NCBI RefSeq assembly: GCF_036321535.1
Contig: NC_087436.1
Location: 44,456,001 to 44,520,000 of the forward strand
Direction: 5' to 3'
DNA: 64,000 nt
From: Camelus dromedarius
Taxonomy: Eukaryota
Part shown: positions 38,021-51,394 of the stretch, piece after piece
Numbering within the stretch: position 1 is the first letter of the stretch
Layout of the letters: each line of letters starts with the position of its first letter
Translations under genes and position numbers: made by a program
Notes under the pieces: model-generated
Told to the model about the DNA's origin: nothing
The model's input: only the letters and a program-made list of their open reading frames with translations
Database searches by the model: none

Positions 38021-38454
38021 GTCTGATCTTTCTGCCAAAATTCATCCTCTTACCCTTATCTGTAAGTTCCACAGATAAAACATTAGGATAGTGCACATAA
38101 TAATCTATTAATAAATATTAAATATTTTATTATTACGTATGGTTGTTTTCCCCCACTTCTAATAAACTCAGTGCTACCTCTTCTATTTTGTCTGATTATG
38201 AAGCAGACACAGAGAAAGAACTAGTGTGGAATGTGGCATTCAGTCAAGACTAGTGAGATGGTCTGTTTTCAGAGTCAGAGATAAACATATCATGAAATCT
38301 GTATACATATTTTTTTTCTTAATTTTCTTTCTCTTAGATTTCTCTTAATTTGGATTACTATATAACTTATAGTTTTTAGGACCCTTTGGCTTTTGAAGGA
38401 AAAAATTGGATTCTTTATCCAGTATGCAAAGTTACAAAAATATTCCCTTCTCAG

Positions 38455-38578
38455 GCTTAGTTGAGATACTGTTGACATAGAGCATTGTGTAAGGTTAAGG
38501 TATACAACATAATTATTTGACATACTTGTGAAATGACTACCACAGTAAAGTTGGTTAACACATCTATCACTTACCTAA
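38455..38578 (-). mobile_element. L1 3' end fragment (L1MA9-like)
   Basis: TTGAGATACTGTTGACATAG...AAGGTATACAACATAATTATTTGACATAC...GTTAACACATCTATCAC. Confidence 0.8.
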
Positions 38579-38872
38579 TGAAAATCTTTTGTTTGATAAG
38601 TAAGCCGCAAATTTGTGAAAACAATTATTTTGGAAAACTATATTAACATGTCATTTTTGACAGTGTAGAGTACCAGTGATTAATATGGATCAGAAACTGA
38701 GTTTTGAATGATAAATGTACATTTCTGGATTTAAAGACAACATTAATGATGGCATTGACATTACTGTGTCTTTATTATTGTTAAATAGATGAAGTTTTTT
38801 AAGAATCAGATTATATGTCTGATAGAGTTGTAAAATTCTGAAACTGGGAGGGTCGTTAGAAGTCTTCTAGGC

Positions 38873-39137
38873 TAGTATTTTCCATACTTCCATTGACACT
38901 ATCCTTTGAGATGCTACTACTATACACAGACATTCTTTTGTCAAATAACTTAGGTAACATTGCAAACTGTATCTCCCATCTTGGAGATTCATGATGCGTA
39001 TCAGTATTGTAAAACTTATGATAAATCCTGCTATAATAGTGTTTTAAATAGGCATTCCCCAAGTGTATTTGGACACTGGATACTTAGGTTTGTGTAGGAT
39101 TTAAAATCTTACATAGAACAACTTGTGGGAAATGCTG
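38873..39137. mobile_element. MER103C-like hAT-Charlie element nested in a MIR (MIR parts at about 38835-38872 and 39138-39260)
   Basis: GTCAAATAACTTAGG...CTTGGAGATTCATGATGC...GCATTCCCCAAGTGTATTTG...TGGGAAATGCTG. The flanks join into a reverse MIR. Confidence 0.7.
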
Positions 39138-39289
39138 ATCTCATGTTAATCCCTTATTTTACATACTAAGAATTTTGCTCAGAGAAGGTTTGTGAGAGTT
39201 AGTAATAGCAGACCCAGAACAAAAATCTAGGTTTGGTAACCTCCATGCTGCTGCTCTGCCCACATCTCATCTACCTTTCCTTGTGAGCC

Positions 39290-39990
39290 TCTCTTCTGAC
39301 CTGCCTAATCCTGCAGTCTTATCTTTCATTGCATCCACATTCCCCTTTTCCTCCTCCTCTGGTATTTCTACCCTTTGAATCTCTCTCTGTACTCACTCTT
39401 GGGACATCTCACCCACTTACAGCTTTATATGTCACCTCTGCATTTTATCTCCTCCATGCCTACCTCTAGCCCTGCCTTCTCATCAAGGTGTCACTTCAGA
39501 GTCACCAGGCACCTGTTGGATTTATTTATTTGTATATCTTGCCTTTACTTTGAACTCAGTAAGTCCAAAACCAAATTCATCTCCCTAGCAAACAGTTCTT
39601 TTAAACTTCTCTCTTTCTGGTAGCAAAATTCTCTCAAACTTCAAGGTCTTCTTTTTGCAGTCAATTTAGAAGTATTTATGTCTTTTATTATTTAGATCCA
39701 ATCAGATCATAATTTCTCAAAGTATTTTTCTCTTAAAGTTATCCTAATTTACCCTCTCTTCTGCTTTCTTCATTCTACATTTTCATTTATACCCGTAATG
39801 CTATAAATTCTATGGTTCTTGTCTCTTATAGTAGTATCTTCCATTTTGTCATAATTTACATGTGACTCCCAAGTTATTCAATTAAAAGCAAGTTTCATCT
39901 ATTTACTTCCCTAACCAGGAGGCTTCAATGGGTTAATATTTCTTGATATTAATATTTCTTAATCTGTTTTAGAGCCTCTATAACTTGGTC
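39290..39990 (+). mobile_element. L2 fragment
   Basis: CTCTGTACTCACTCTTGGGACATCTCACCCAC...CACCTGTTGGA...AACTCAGTAAGTCCAAAACCAAATTCATC. Confidence 0.75.
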
Positions 39991-42542
39991 TCTTGCAGTC
40001 TGGCCAGTAAACATGACTTCATGGGGGATACTATGTTGTCAGCAGGTCCATTGCTCTCTCAAATGATGGAGCATGAACTGTTCATAGGATTGGGGCTAGT
40101 GAAGGGCTGATGTGGTGATATCTGGACACCTGGACTTGATTCAAGTAGAAGATTGCATTGTAGGAGTTTCATTTGATATGCTGTCATCATCATTTCTGGG
40201 CAAAGAAAAATGAGGAAATTAATGGAGTGTGGTTTATTTTCTCTCCCTCAAAGCCATGCTTCTCAAATGCAGTAAAGATGATGGATAAGAGGCCTTGAGT
40301 TACTGAATTCCTTATAACCTGGTGAAGACCAGTTAGAAGGAAGGGGGAAAATAAAGGGAGGAGATATTATGCTTATTATTTCTTTTGAGGAAGCATGGGA
40401 AGATGGAGTCTATTTGATTGACACACACAGGAGTTCTAGGTCAGGATTCTGTGAGAATGAAAATCATGGCCAGCTATTCATTTGGGTGTGGTCTCGTGTG
40501 GTGCTCTTTCAAACGTTGCTCTGCTCCAAATGACATTATAGTCATTCCCTACGTTAGCTCTGCTACATTGCATCAATTCACTAAAATAGGTACTTAAACT
40601 GCCCAAGTCTTAAAAGGAGTAAAACGTCTAGTTCATGTAATTTGCAGAGGTGGGGAGTGGTGCCTAAGGAGGCTGTGACCTTCCACAGCTTTACCCAGGG
40701 TCCCTCCCACTGAGGACTGGATTTCTCTCCGTGTCTGTGGGGAACAATGAAGCCTTGCTTTCAGAACCTCTTCTCATTTGACTTGTCATAATAGGGTGTT
40801 TGGTAGAATTTTCTTGGATACATAAAGTGGTTCTGCATGCCCACTGAACAAAGTACCAAATGAGAGAAGAATGATCAAAAACACAGTGTGGGCAACCTGA
40901 TGTGAATACATAGAAAGGAACTAATGCCCTGTCAATTTGTGAAAGACGTGTAGAAAACTAGCGTGAGTTATTTCTGCTGGCTCAGAAATTCGAGAGACTC
41001 TTGAGAGCCTGTTCTGAAATATGTCAGTTAGTCCTGTTAGTTTTGAGATGTGAGAATAGATGATTGTATACTTTCAACTCCTTAGATTTGGGGGTTCAGG
41101 CTGGCAAGATGATTATTTTTCCCATATACAGATGATTTTCTCATTTAAAGAAGTTATCTCAGTTTATATATTTTGATGTTTTATACTATGATATATTCAA
41201 AAAAGTCAACGAGTGCTTGATAAAAAACAGATTTCTTTACATAGTCAAGACAGTAAAAAAAAAGCATAAACATCACTCCCTTGCTGGTGCAGATAACAAA
41301 AATTGATGGTGGGAGTAGAGAAGAGACTATTTTACTCCATTTTGTGGATTTTCTGGAAAGAAGCACTTTTAAATAAATCACTGTATTGGGATTTGAGGAA
41401 AATTGTCAGTGTCTAGGCTTCAAGAATAAGAAAAGAGCACTTGTAAAGTTATTTACTAACAGAATTTTAGATAAAGGCAACTGAGCCCTCAGCATTTTAT
41501 CCAGTGTCGTCCTGTCCTCTCCCTCTCCTCCTTTCAGTCTTCACCCCCTTGCGCTCTCCCCTTCCTCATGTCCCTTCAATTCCTCCTTCTCACATGTGCA
41601 TTTAATAGATATTAGCTTTTGTTTTTTTATTTTTGGTGCTTCATGTTTGCAGAACTATTTGGGAAAAGTGAAAAATTATTCTCTAAAGATTGCCTCCTAC
41701 ACCGGTAGTGCACACACCCTGCCTGGCATGCCTGCCCACCACCCTCTCCACCAAAATAAGAAGAAAAAAAAGGGGAGAGATAAACACCAGTTCCACACTT
41801 CCTGTTGTTGGGAGTCGACACTCAAATTCACAATTTCATTAAATACTGTTGTTGCATGGAGAAAAAAGTAAGCTACCCTTTGATAACAATAATAAAAGAA
41901 AGCTGGTGCAAACTTTGTATATTTAAAACAAATAATCTGTGTACATAAACACAGAAAATTGGGCTATTATGCACCACCTCAGTGTCCATTTAGGAGGAAA
42001 GCAAATTGCCTATAAAAGGTCTTAGGTGCGGTGAGGGTAGGAGGGGCCACTTGCTCCCTGTGCAACAGTGTGAGATTTTCTGCCATGATAATTGCTCCTA
42101 TTTTTGGCTTCCTACTGAAGCTGAGAAGAAAGCAGCTTATATTGGCCTGCATGCATTTAGATGGTTGGTGATACTAAATCCAATTATCCTCAGCTGCATG
42201 ACCACCAAAGCTGTTTTCATCTGTGAGTGATTCCTCACAGCTAGGAGAGGGGGTAACGTGAAAAGTCTTTTCTAAAAGGCAGGAGAGTACGGTGGTGGGG
42301 GAGGAAACCAGAGGGAGTATAACAAGAGGGTTAATGCATTAAAGCCAAACGAAACAGAATAGGAGGGCAGAGAACGAGGCTGATGGTGAGCTAGCATTGA
42401 ATGAGAGGATTTCGAAGCCAGCTCAATTACAGATACATTTTACAAAAGGCCATGCACAGCCTGCTGGGCTGATCAAAAGCCTTTAGTTATAAGCTAAACA
42501 TTTTCATTGGTCTCAAAATGGATTTCACAAAAATTTTTGCAT

Positions 42543-42697
42543 TTGTGATTCTCAACCTGACAGCACTGGAGTCACATGAGAACTTTTCATCAATGCTGGT
42601 GCTCAGGTTCCAGCCCAAATCAATTAAGTCAGACTCTCTTTTTGTTTTAAAAGCTCCCCAGGCAATTCTAATGTGCAGACAGGATTGAGGGCCACTC
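42543..42697. mobile_element. MER5A-type hAT-Charlie MITE
   Basis: GTGATTCTCAACCTG...AAAAGCTCCCCAGGCAATTCTAATGTGCAGACAGGATTGAGGGCCACT. Confidence 0.85.
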
Positions 42698-42845
42698 AGT
42701 GAGGAGACACAAAAGGCAGTTAGAAAGTCCTTAGCGTGCAGACTTTTTCAGGCATTTACATTTGCATTGTTAGGGCTGAAATATATGAAGAGCTCTCCTC
42801 TATTAAGGTGATTTCTTACCTGGACACTCCATATTCCCTTGCATT

Positions 42846-43132
42846 CTTTTCTAGCTTTACTGAGGTATAATTGTTAAATAAAATTGTGGGATATTTTAAG
42901 TATACATTGTGGTGATCTGATATATGTACACATTGTGAAAGGATTCCCCATCTAATTAATCAACACATCCATGACCTCACATATTTATCTTTTTATTTTT
43001 GGTGAGAACATGTAAGCTCTACTCTCGTGGCAAATATTTCGGTCATACAATAGTGTTATCAGCCAGAGTCACCATGTTTTGCACTGGATTCTCAGACCTT
43101 ATTCATCTTACAGCTGAAAGCTTGTACCCTTT
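42846..43132 (-). mobile_element. L1 3' end (L1MA9-like, Laurasiatherian)
   Basis: GCTTTACTGAGGTATAATTG...ACACATTGTGAAAGGATTCCCC...CTCAGACCTTATTCATCTTACAGCTGAAAGCTTGTACCCT. Confidence 0.9.
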
Positions 43133-43195
43133 CCTCCATTTTGTTTACACAAAGTATTAATTGGTTCCGACAGATCAAACCACATTCTTCAACAG

Positions 43196-43461
43196 CAGTG
43201 TTTCCAAATATGCCAATGAAATAAGCAGATAGAAATGTTTGGGAAATGCTATGCTTTGGAGGAGTTTTCAGAACTTTTACTATGTATATTGGGGTGTGTG
43301 TGTACTTAATATATGCTAATATGAAATTTTAATCTCCAAGGAGGTTTTATATATTTCTATACACACAGTGTTTCCTAAACTTATTTGATCAGAGATATTT
43401 TGCAAAGAGAGACTGTCTATCTAGTTTTGTGTCCCACAAAATAGACTTTGGAGAATATCTG
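43196..43461. mobile_element. MER103C-like element, opposite orientation to the copy at 38873
   Basis: CAGTGTTTCC...TTTGGGAAATGCT...ATATGCTAATATG...AATCTCCAAG...CAGTGTTTCCTAAACTTATTTGA. Confidence 0.7.
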
Positions 43462-46400
43462 TTTAGTCTCCATCACCCTGCCCCCAACACGCTCCCCTTC
43501 CACATTCCTAGCCCATAGCTTCTGACATTGACTGGCAAGAGTTCAGCTGGTTCTGATTATAATTCTGAGTATCAATAATACATTGCCAAAGTAAGATTTA
43601 TGTAAATATATATTCTTCACAGCTTCTAAATGGGCATGGTCTTTGCCCAGTGGGCTTTTGATAGCCCTCCAAATTCAGATTACACACCTTGTTTTTTTAA
43701 TGTTAAGTCCCCAAAAGTCACAAAATTTGACCACTGCTAGCTCTTTATTGGGAGCCAATATTCTTTTACAGTAAAATTTTTTTTTAGGTGTCAAAAACTT
43801 CCCATCAGTATATTACTGTACCCTGGTTTCTATTGAGAAAGTCTGGAATGCATTGCACCCATCTCACAGATGTCAACCTTGAGACCTAAGGATGGGCAAA
43901 TGTATATGTAGGCTGTCAAATAATTTTATTTATTCTTCTCACAGATGGAGTAAACTACAGCAAGTAGAGTGTTTGGCTATGTGTAGGGAGATGTCAAAAT
44001 TGCTTATTGAAGTAGAGCTTAAATTCTATGATGACACATGTCTATGGACAGAGATAAATCACTTATTTGGCCTAATTCTTGGTCAGTCTCTGCAATCTTT
44101 GTTTCTCAGATTCTTACCAACTATTTCCCCATTTCTCTTTCACTCTGATCACTTTCCTTTACTCTTCTTGTTCTTTTCTTTATGGTTGCTATATCATTCT
44201 CTTTTGCATTTAATCTTTATGATTTAGTTTCATTTCATGATCTCACAAGTTATATATACCTAAAGGCCAAATACCTATTGATTTAGCCATACTCACTGAG
44301 AGAGGTTTTCTGAAACAAAACTGTAAGAATTTGAAGTTAATTAGGCTCAAATATTGCAAATATAAAAATCATCTTGTTCTTACAAAATGACTTAGGAACT
44401 TTAGTACAATGTAACTATACTTTAATTATTAAGATCTTTTGGTTGTTTTAACATAGAACAAAACTGTAAAAATAATGACATTGTAATTTTGAAGAAATTT
44501 TTCTCAAGTAAAGTTGTAGAGCGATAATAAAAAATAGTGGATTTTAAAAAATCTATTTAGACATTTCTCTGGGACACTATTTAGAATTTTCTTTGAGATT
44601 ACAGATGCTTTCTAACTACCAAGCCTGATAAGACAGCTTCTTGAGGCCTCCAAAAATGGGTAAGTTTTATTACCCTTCAGGGTCTTTTCATCCTTTCATC
44701 TTCGTAAGGTGAATAAATTGTTTTCTATGCAGCATTCAATCTGTAGATCTTTTCTCTAGAGACTCAAGTCTTCTTTGGCTTTTTGTAGCCATATTTTAAA
44801 AATCCTATGATATTTTCCAGAAGAGTAGGCTTTGAATATAACCTCAATGGACTCAAATGTTAGGAATCTAAATAAAAATCAGGGAAGTCAAGAATCTGCT
44901 TATCTCATTGGTGAATGGTTGTTTGGTGAGACATTTTCTTAATATATTTTATTAAATTTATAAAATTCTTTATATTCTTAAAAGGAATTTTAGATCAATC
45001 ATCTCATGAGAATCTTTCCTTATGTTCCGGACGTATCTACTTCTGGCAGCCATTATTTATGAAGAAGGAAATTGTCATGTTTATGAAGGTTATCTCCATT
45101 CATAGAAAGGAACACAAGATAATCACAACCAGAATCCATGTCTTGAATAGTAGTCTTTTTGTGTTCAGATTCATAGTCACTCTTATGATAACTTAAGGAA
45201 CAATAGTGTGAAAGAACAAAGAAGGATTAATAGAAGTAAAGAATGAAAGGAGAGACAAAGCATCCTTATATCTTAGCCTTTGGGTGAATAAGATGGTTTT
45301 GGAAAATGGAAATGAAAGGGTCTTGATATGAGTCAAAGAAATATTCAAAGGTAAGATACAAAATAATATAAAAGGTTTGTAATGAAATATTGTTCAGTGA
45401 TGCTCTCATCAGCAAGTTTCTTCAGTTCTATATCAACACTTTCTTCCCCTCAATTTCCTTTCTTTTCCTTTTACATCCTGCCCAGTCCCTTCCCCTCTTC
45501 TTTTCCTTCTTACCTTTTCATAATGTTTATGATGTGAAGTTGGTCAAGACAGAAAGTTTAAGATTGCTATGTCTGTGGAGAATTAGTAATATATTTAAGC
45601 TAAAATGAGGAGCATCAGATTGCTAGTAACTTAACGCTAATCATGTCAGCAAATGAATCAGGAAAGATTTTTTTTTCCCCTCTTATGTGTAATGTTCCAC
45701 AATGCCAGCAGTAAGCCCATTAAGCAGCCGCTATTACCAGAAAATAATTCAAGGAGAAATTGATTAGTGCTTAACAGTTTTCCTGGATAGCAAATCCCAT
45801 CTTCCTGTTTAGCCTTCCTGGCTGAAATGATTTTTCAATTTCCAGAGCAAACAAATAAGGAGAAAATGCCTACATTTCATTCTCATAGACTGTAGCATGT
45901 TCCGTGTCCCTCTATTTCTATTACACTTCATAAAGGGTTTTGGATCAAAGATGTAACCCCGTTGACCATTAGGTGTTTAAATAATACAAATAGAATCCCA
46001 GGGAATTTTCTCTGCACCTTGACAAACTATTTCTCCATCCCTTCTCCCCTCCTACCCATTTGGGCCCATTAAATTTATTAACAGGAAGGCTGTATTAACC
46101 CATGTATGTAAATTTTCCATTATACCCAAGGTCCTTGGATTAATTGGATTATGTTAGAAAATGTATTTTCATAAAGAGAGCTGTTTTGTTGCTATTGGTG
46201 TGTCCTCTGATTTTCATTATCACTGAAATAGGTTTGGGTGTTTCACTTGCATGAATACCTTAGAAAGGATAGATTTAATATGATAGTGAGCATACTATTT
46301 GGCAAAAATGGTGTCTGGGATAACCTCTTTACCTCTTTCAGCACAAAGTACTAAGTGATTTTTTTTTTTTTTTTTATAATTTACTGACCACAGCTGGATG

Positions 46401-46579
46401 ATTCTATTTATCATGTGTAGGGTAGGGATTTTGAATTGCACAAGGTAGGCATACATTTTGTGTTTAGAGAGAGAGCTGTGTGTCAGGATTCAAAGATTCA
46501 TAGACTTAAAGAATCTCATGTTTGGGATGTTTAAAGGCCCCCTCTTCAACCTGCTATTTAATACTCAAATCAACTCAAA

Positions 46580-46790
46580 TTCCAGTGGCTGCCATCTGCC
46601 AGGCTCTATAATATGTGCTTTAAACACACGCTCATATTTAATCGTCCTATGAGGTATGGTTTGTTGAAAAAGAAATTGCAGCTCAAGGACGTTAAATAAT
46701 TTTCCCAAAGATATGTGGCTAGGTAGTAAGAGGTGATTTCAAGATTTGAACTTCTACCTACAAGATTCCATAAATGATGTTCTGTACATT
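46580..46790 (-). mobile_element. MIR SINE
   Basis: TGCCAGGCTCT...TTTAATCGTCCTATGAGGTA...GTTAAATAATTTTCCCAAAG...GATTTGAAC. Confidence 0.7.
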
Positions 46791-47377
46791 GCTGCGAGGT
46801 TATTTGAACCTATAAAACAACTTACATTGAAGAATCTGAGAAGACTGTGCTTTTTGGTCAGCCAAATTCAGATACTGCATTAATCTGTTCCCTGGCTGTA
46901 GCTGGAAGCAGTTTCTCTCTTAGTACTTCAAACATCACCCTAAGCCCAAGCCTCTATAAATATTTTCTAGATGACATTGATGGTGCTAGGACTTATATTT
47001 ATAGATCCAAAAAGAAGGGAACAACCTGTACGGAGGATAATATTACCTGAGGGAGGAGAAATATCAAATTATCTTCAAAATGTGGATAACTTGAGATACA
47101 GTACTTACCTCTCATCACAAGAGAAAAATCATACTTTGGAAACAACCCACAATTGGTCTATACAGTTCTCAGTAGTTTATGGGACTCTATATTCATGGTG
47201 CCCCAGGTCCTGTGTCCTGACAATTAATTGCTCTGAACATCAGTTTCTTCATTAGTATGATAGAACTAGAACACATCTCACATTTCTTAAAAGTTGCTTG
47301 AAAAGTTTAGTATTAATCGATGGGAATTTATTATTAGACTACAAATCTTGGCTCTTTCCACTTTAAAACTTGTATTT

Positions 47378-47600
47378 AATATTTATTGAGTAAGCACTTG
47401 CTAAATGCTAGAAACTGCTCTAAGTTTCTTACATGTCTTACCTCACTTGATCCTTATAATAATCCTATCATGTTTTGCCTATTTTTTCTCTGTATATTAT
47501 AGGTAAGGAATCTGTTATAGACGAAAATTAAATCCTTTGCTCATGCTAGTAAGTGGAAGGGCCAAGATTCAAACTTGAGCAGTCAGAAACCAAAGAGGTA
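47378..47600 (-). mobile_element. MIR SINE
   Basis: AATATTTATTGAG...CTCACTTGATCCTTATAATAATCCTAT...GCTAGTAAGTGGAAGGGCCAAGATTCAAAC. Confidence 0.8.
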
Positions 47601-48104
47601 TGTGGAAAGTAGACTGTGAGTGGTATAGGAGAAGTCATTGGCATAGATATTAATGGTCCTTCCACTTGACCCTGGATGTGGGGCAAGATTTCAAAGCAAA
47701 AATATTAACCAAGAGTAAAAACAGTTTTGGAAAGAGTTAACATGACTACAGTCATCTAGGCCTCTCCCCTCCAGAGATGTCTCTCTCACGTAGACTGTGG
47801 AGCTTTCCACCTTGTCCTACCGCCAAGTTCCAACCAGAAAATCTGTATGACTAATGACAATGCAAGAGGCAAAGAGCAGCTTTATTTTCAGATTCCAGAT
47901 GGAGTTTATGATGTTGTCAGAAGAAAATCATGACTTACAGCCTCAGAAGAGTCAGTATGGATGCTTTTCTGAGACATATTATATGTGGATTGCTACAGCA
48001 TAATTTGGGTTTTTAAGCATATTACAGTGTTTTTAAATTTAGCAGAACTTTTGAGATGGAAAACTTCAGTAATGAACACTTAATTATAGTTATATGATAA
48101 AATC

Positions 48105-48325
48105 ATAATGATAAGATCAATAACTCTGAAGTCAGACCTGGGCTTAAATCCTGGTTTAGCTGTTTGACTTGGGAATTTTTAAAAAGCATTTTGTACCTCA
48201 GTTGCCTCATCTGGAAAAAGAGGGACAATAACCTTTAGGGTCATTTGGAATTAAATGAATCAATACAAGTAAAGCATTTAAAACTATGCTCAGCGCATAG
48301 GAAGTAATTCAATCAAGTTAGCTCT
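48105..48325 (+). mobile_element. MIR SINE
   Basis: CTCTGAAGTCAGACCTGGGCTTAAATCCTGG...CCTCAGTTGCCTCATCTGG...GTAAAGCATTTA. Confidence 0.85.
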
Positions 48326-49399
48326 TAAAATTCTACTTTCAAATCCTTTGGATGATGTTAGATTGGATGAAGATAAATGCTTTGACTCTACACCTCCCCC
48401 TTTATTTTTGGCTTAATTTATGGTGACTCTAAGTTTTTCTCATTAACTTGTCTAATACCTGTTGTATTTAGTTGTGTATCTGTGTCCGCTGTGCCACTTC
48501 TTCATGCTTAATATCAGAGATTCCTTCATGAGATGGTTCCTTTTGTTCATAAAACAATACTCCTTTCAGAACTTTTTCTACAAATAATATATTCAAAATA
48601 CCAAACTGAATATTTCCTATCAAAGTTAACTTTAATGGACATTTTTGAAAAAAAAAAAAAAAACAAAAAAAACAAAAACCAACCTTTCCCATCACTTTCA
48701 AAGGTAATGTTTGGATGTGGAAAGCTTACAAGGCAAACTCTCATGACAGAGTGACTGAGTTTTATCTTTGCTTGCTCAAAATTAGTTTGTTTTTGGGAAA
48801 ATTACTTAACCATGGTTACTAATTCCCCATATGGATAATCTGTACTTACTTTATATATACATCAATATAAACCTTTATTTAAAGTTGATTGTGATCATTA
48901 TTATAAAATTTCATGTATTTTGTCTTAATTCTTAATCAATTGGTATTTTAACTGTTAGAAAGAGCTAAAAGTAGTGAGAAATATAGTAGTAAGATTAAAT
49001 TCCTGTCCTACAATTTATAATATAGTAAGAACCATGAAGTTTGAAAAGTATTGTAAAATATAAAGAATTTTTCGTATAAATTTCACAAGGCAGTCCTAAG
49101 TGCCCGGATGAGCACAGATGTGTCTCTCTCTAGTCTTATCTCCCTAAACAAGAAAAATATAAGTAGTTTTCATCAAATAATATCAATTTATGATAGTTAC
49201 TATGGACTACAAATACGAGTTTATACCATTTACTTTCAGGAAGACATGCAGACAGATGGCTATGCACAACACCAGGATTATGTTAAATGTAAGGAACTCT
49301 TTTATAGCCTTCTGCTTATTTTTTCCATAAATTCAAACCTTAGAATTTCTTTTGATTGAGTGCCATTGTTTCAAAGAGGAGATAATATAACAAAGCCAA

Positions 49400-49610
49400 G
49401 ACTAGTTAAGAGCAAGGACTCTGACTTTGGAAAGAAAGGGCTGTTAGTGTCAGCCCTTTCCACTGACCAGCTGTGTGACCTTGGCCGGTTTTCTTACTTC
49501 TCTAAGCCTAAATCTTCTCATCTGTAAGTCAGGATTTCTAGGAGTATTCATCTCATTGATTTGTTGTGAGGACTACATGACACAATGCATTTAAAATTAT
49601 AGAACACGAC
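49400..49610 (+). mobile_element. MIR SINE
   Basis: GTTAAGAGCAAGGACTCTG...CCAGCTGTGTGACCTTGG...TTCTCATCTGTAA...TTGTTGTGAGGA. Confidence 0.88.
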
Positions 49611-50159
49611 TAACTATAATGATTAGAATCTTTGCCTATTAAATAATCCTTGTGTATAAAACACAAATAAGATAGCCTGTGTAATGTATGTGTAATTCAT
49701 CCAGTAGGGTCAGAGGCACTGAGGCAAGCTTTTGCAAGACACTGAAAGCATCTCGAAATCTTAGGGGCCATTGAGAGTCCAACGTGTAGGGTCTATTTAC
49801 CCCGTCTTTCAGCTCAAAGTAGAAAGAACAAGTGGAGCAGCCTTTCAGGCTATCACCTCAGGCACAGGAAAAAAGCTTTTCAGATTCAGTGCTCTCTAGG
49901 GAGATAAACTAGAGCACAGGCTTCTCTGGAAAGCTGGTGATTGGGAATGGGTGGGCTAGATGGAGGCCAGCAGGTGGGAGGCATATGAGGAGAAGGGTGT
50001 TGAGAACTGCCCCAAGCTAGAGCCTCTGGTTAATAGGATTCTTCCAAAGTTTCTGAGCAGTCAACAGGCCCTTCCTGTAAAACAGTGGAACAGATGCCAC
50101 TCAGATATGTAACCGTCTCTATCTTCTGTGGCTCAAATAAAGAAGAGATGACATAATCT

Positions 50160-50470
50160 TGGGACAGGACAGCTTAGGTGGGACCACCTCTTATTCATCT
50201 GTGTACCTTCAACATAATGTCTGGCACTAGGAGAGTCTCTGACACAGAATAGTCAGAAATTATAACATTGTTTGGATGGGTTAATTCTTGTCTCAGCTCT
50301 GCAGTACTGGCTGTGTAGATTTAAAGGTATCATTTTAACTTTTAGTATCCTTATGGCAAAAAAATGGGGCTGATATCTCTTAATGATAAGATGAAATAAT
50401 CGATGTGAATTATTTTAGCAAACTATAAGCTGCTATCAAATAGTAGAATGAAAGATAACTGTTTTCGTAT
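50160..50470 (+). mobile_element. L2 terminus fragment (about 50160-50230) followed by a degenerate MIR (about 50280-50470)
   Basis: CTTATTCATCTGTGTACC...GTCTGGCAC, then TCTCAGCTCTGC...GGCTGTGT...AAAATGGGGCTGATA. Confidence 0.55.
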
Positions 50471-50814
50471 TGTTATTGCTCAAGTAATTTTAGGCAGTAA
50501 GACTTTAACATTAATCTTCTCAGTTTTCTCAGTGACACTTTTCTAATAAATGTAATGTAACTTTTAAAGATAAGCAATTTCCCCATGTAATTCAGCAAAT
50601 GTAATTTCTCTATAAAAAAAAAAAATATGGCTCACAAACATTTTTACTCTTAACCAAAGTGGATCTCATGCAAAAAGTTTGTTCATTGGCTGTAGGTTTG
50701 TTCATTGCCTCTCAGCTGGCCTAATCCAGATTTATGAATTTAATCATTTCATGCAGACTTCTGTGTGGGCTATATATGCAAGTTACAAGGGAAATAGTAT
50801 GACTTACTGCTATG

Positions 50815-51212
50815 TGTATGTTAGGGTTGGCTAATTGCTATAACAAACTATACCAAAATTTTAGTCTCTTCATAAAACAAAACATATTTTTCTCTCTTCT
50901 AACAGTCTAGCCTCAGTGTTCCCAGTTAGGAACTTTTTCTGCTGGCTTTCCTCCAAGTGATTTTCAGGGACTAAGGCTTCTTCCTAATGTGGCTCTAATA
51001 CCACCTAAGGTCTTGGAGTCACCTCCAAGGAAACAAAGAAAGCATGGAAGTTTGCCGGTGAGAGGCTTTATTGGTTAGGCCTGGAGTGGCATACATATTC
51101 CATTGGTCAGAACTTGGTCATGTGGTTCCACCTAACAGAAATGAGTCTTGAAAATGTAGTGTGGCTATATGTTCAAGAGAAAAAGCAAAAGGGACATGTT
51201 TTTCTCTACCAC
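50815..51212 (-). mobile_element. MLT1J-like solo LTR
   Basis: TGCTATAACAAAC...TTCAGGGACTAAGGCTTCTTCC...TTCCATTGGTCAGAACTTGGTCATGTGG...GAAAATGTAGT...CTCTACCACA. Confidence 0.85.
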
Positions 51213-51348
51213 AAAGGTATTTTTAAATTTCCATGTGCATTGTAATGAATATTATGATTGCGTCTCTATGTAATGTTGATTCAAAAAGTGTGACAAGTGT
51301 GACAAAGTGAATGATCATACACTCTTTGAATCTCCTTTTTGTGCATAT

Positions 51349-51394
51349 GTATGACATAAAAACCTGGCTAAGTATGACATAAAAACCTGGCTAA
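51349..51394. repeat. Perfect 23-bp tandem duplication
   Basis: GTATGACATAAAAACCTGGCTAA at 51349-51371 and 51372-51394. Confidence 0.95.

Noticed and set aside
49964..49982. CTCF-like GGCCAGCAGGTGGGAG
   Set aside because: It mismatches the conserved GGC position and sits in a purine-rich tract where such matches arise by chance.
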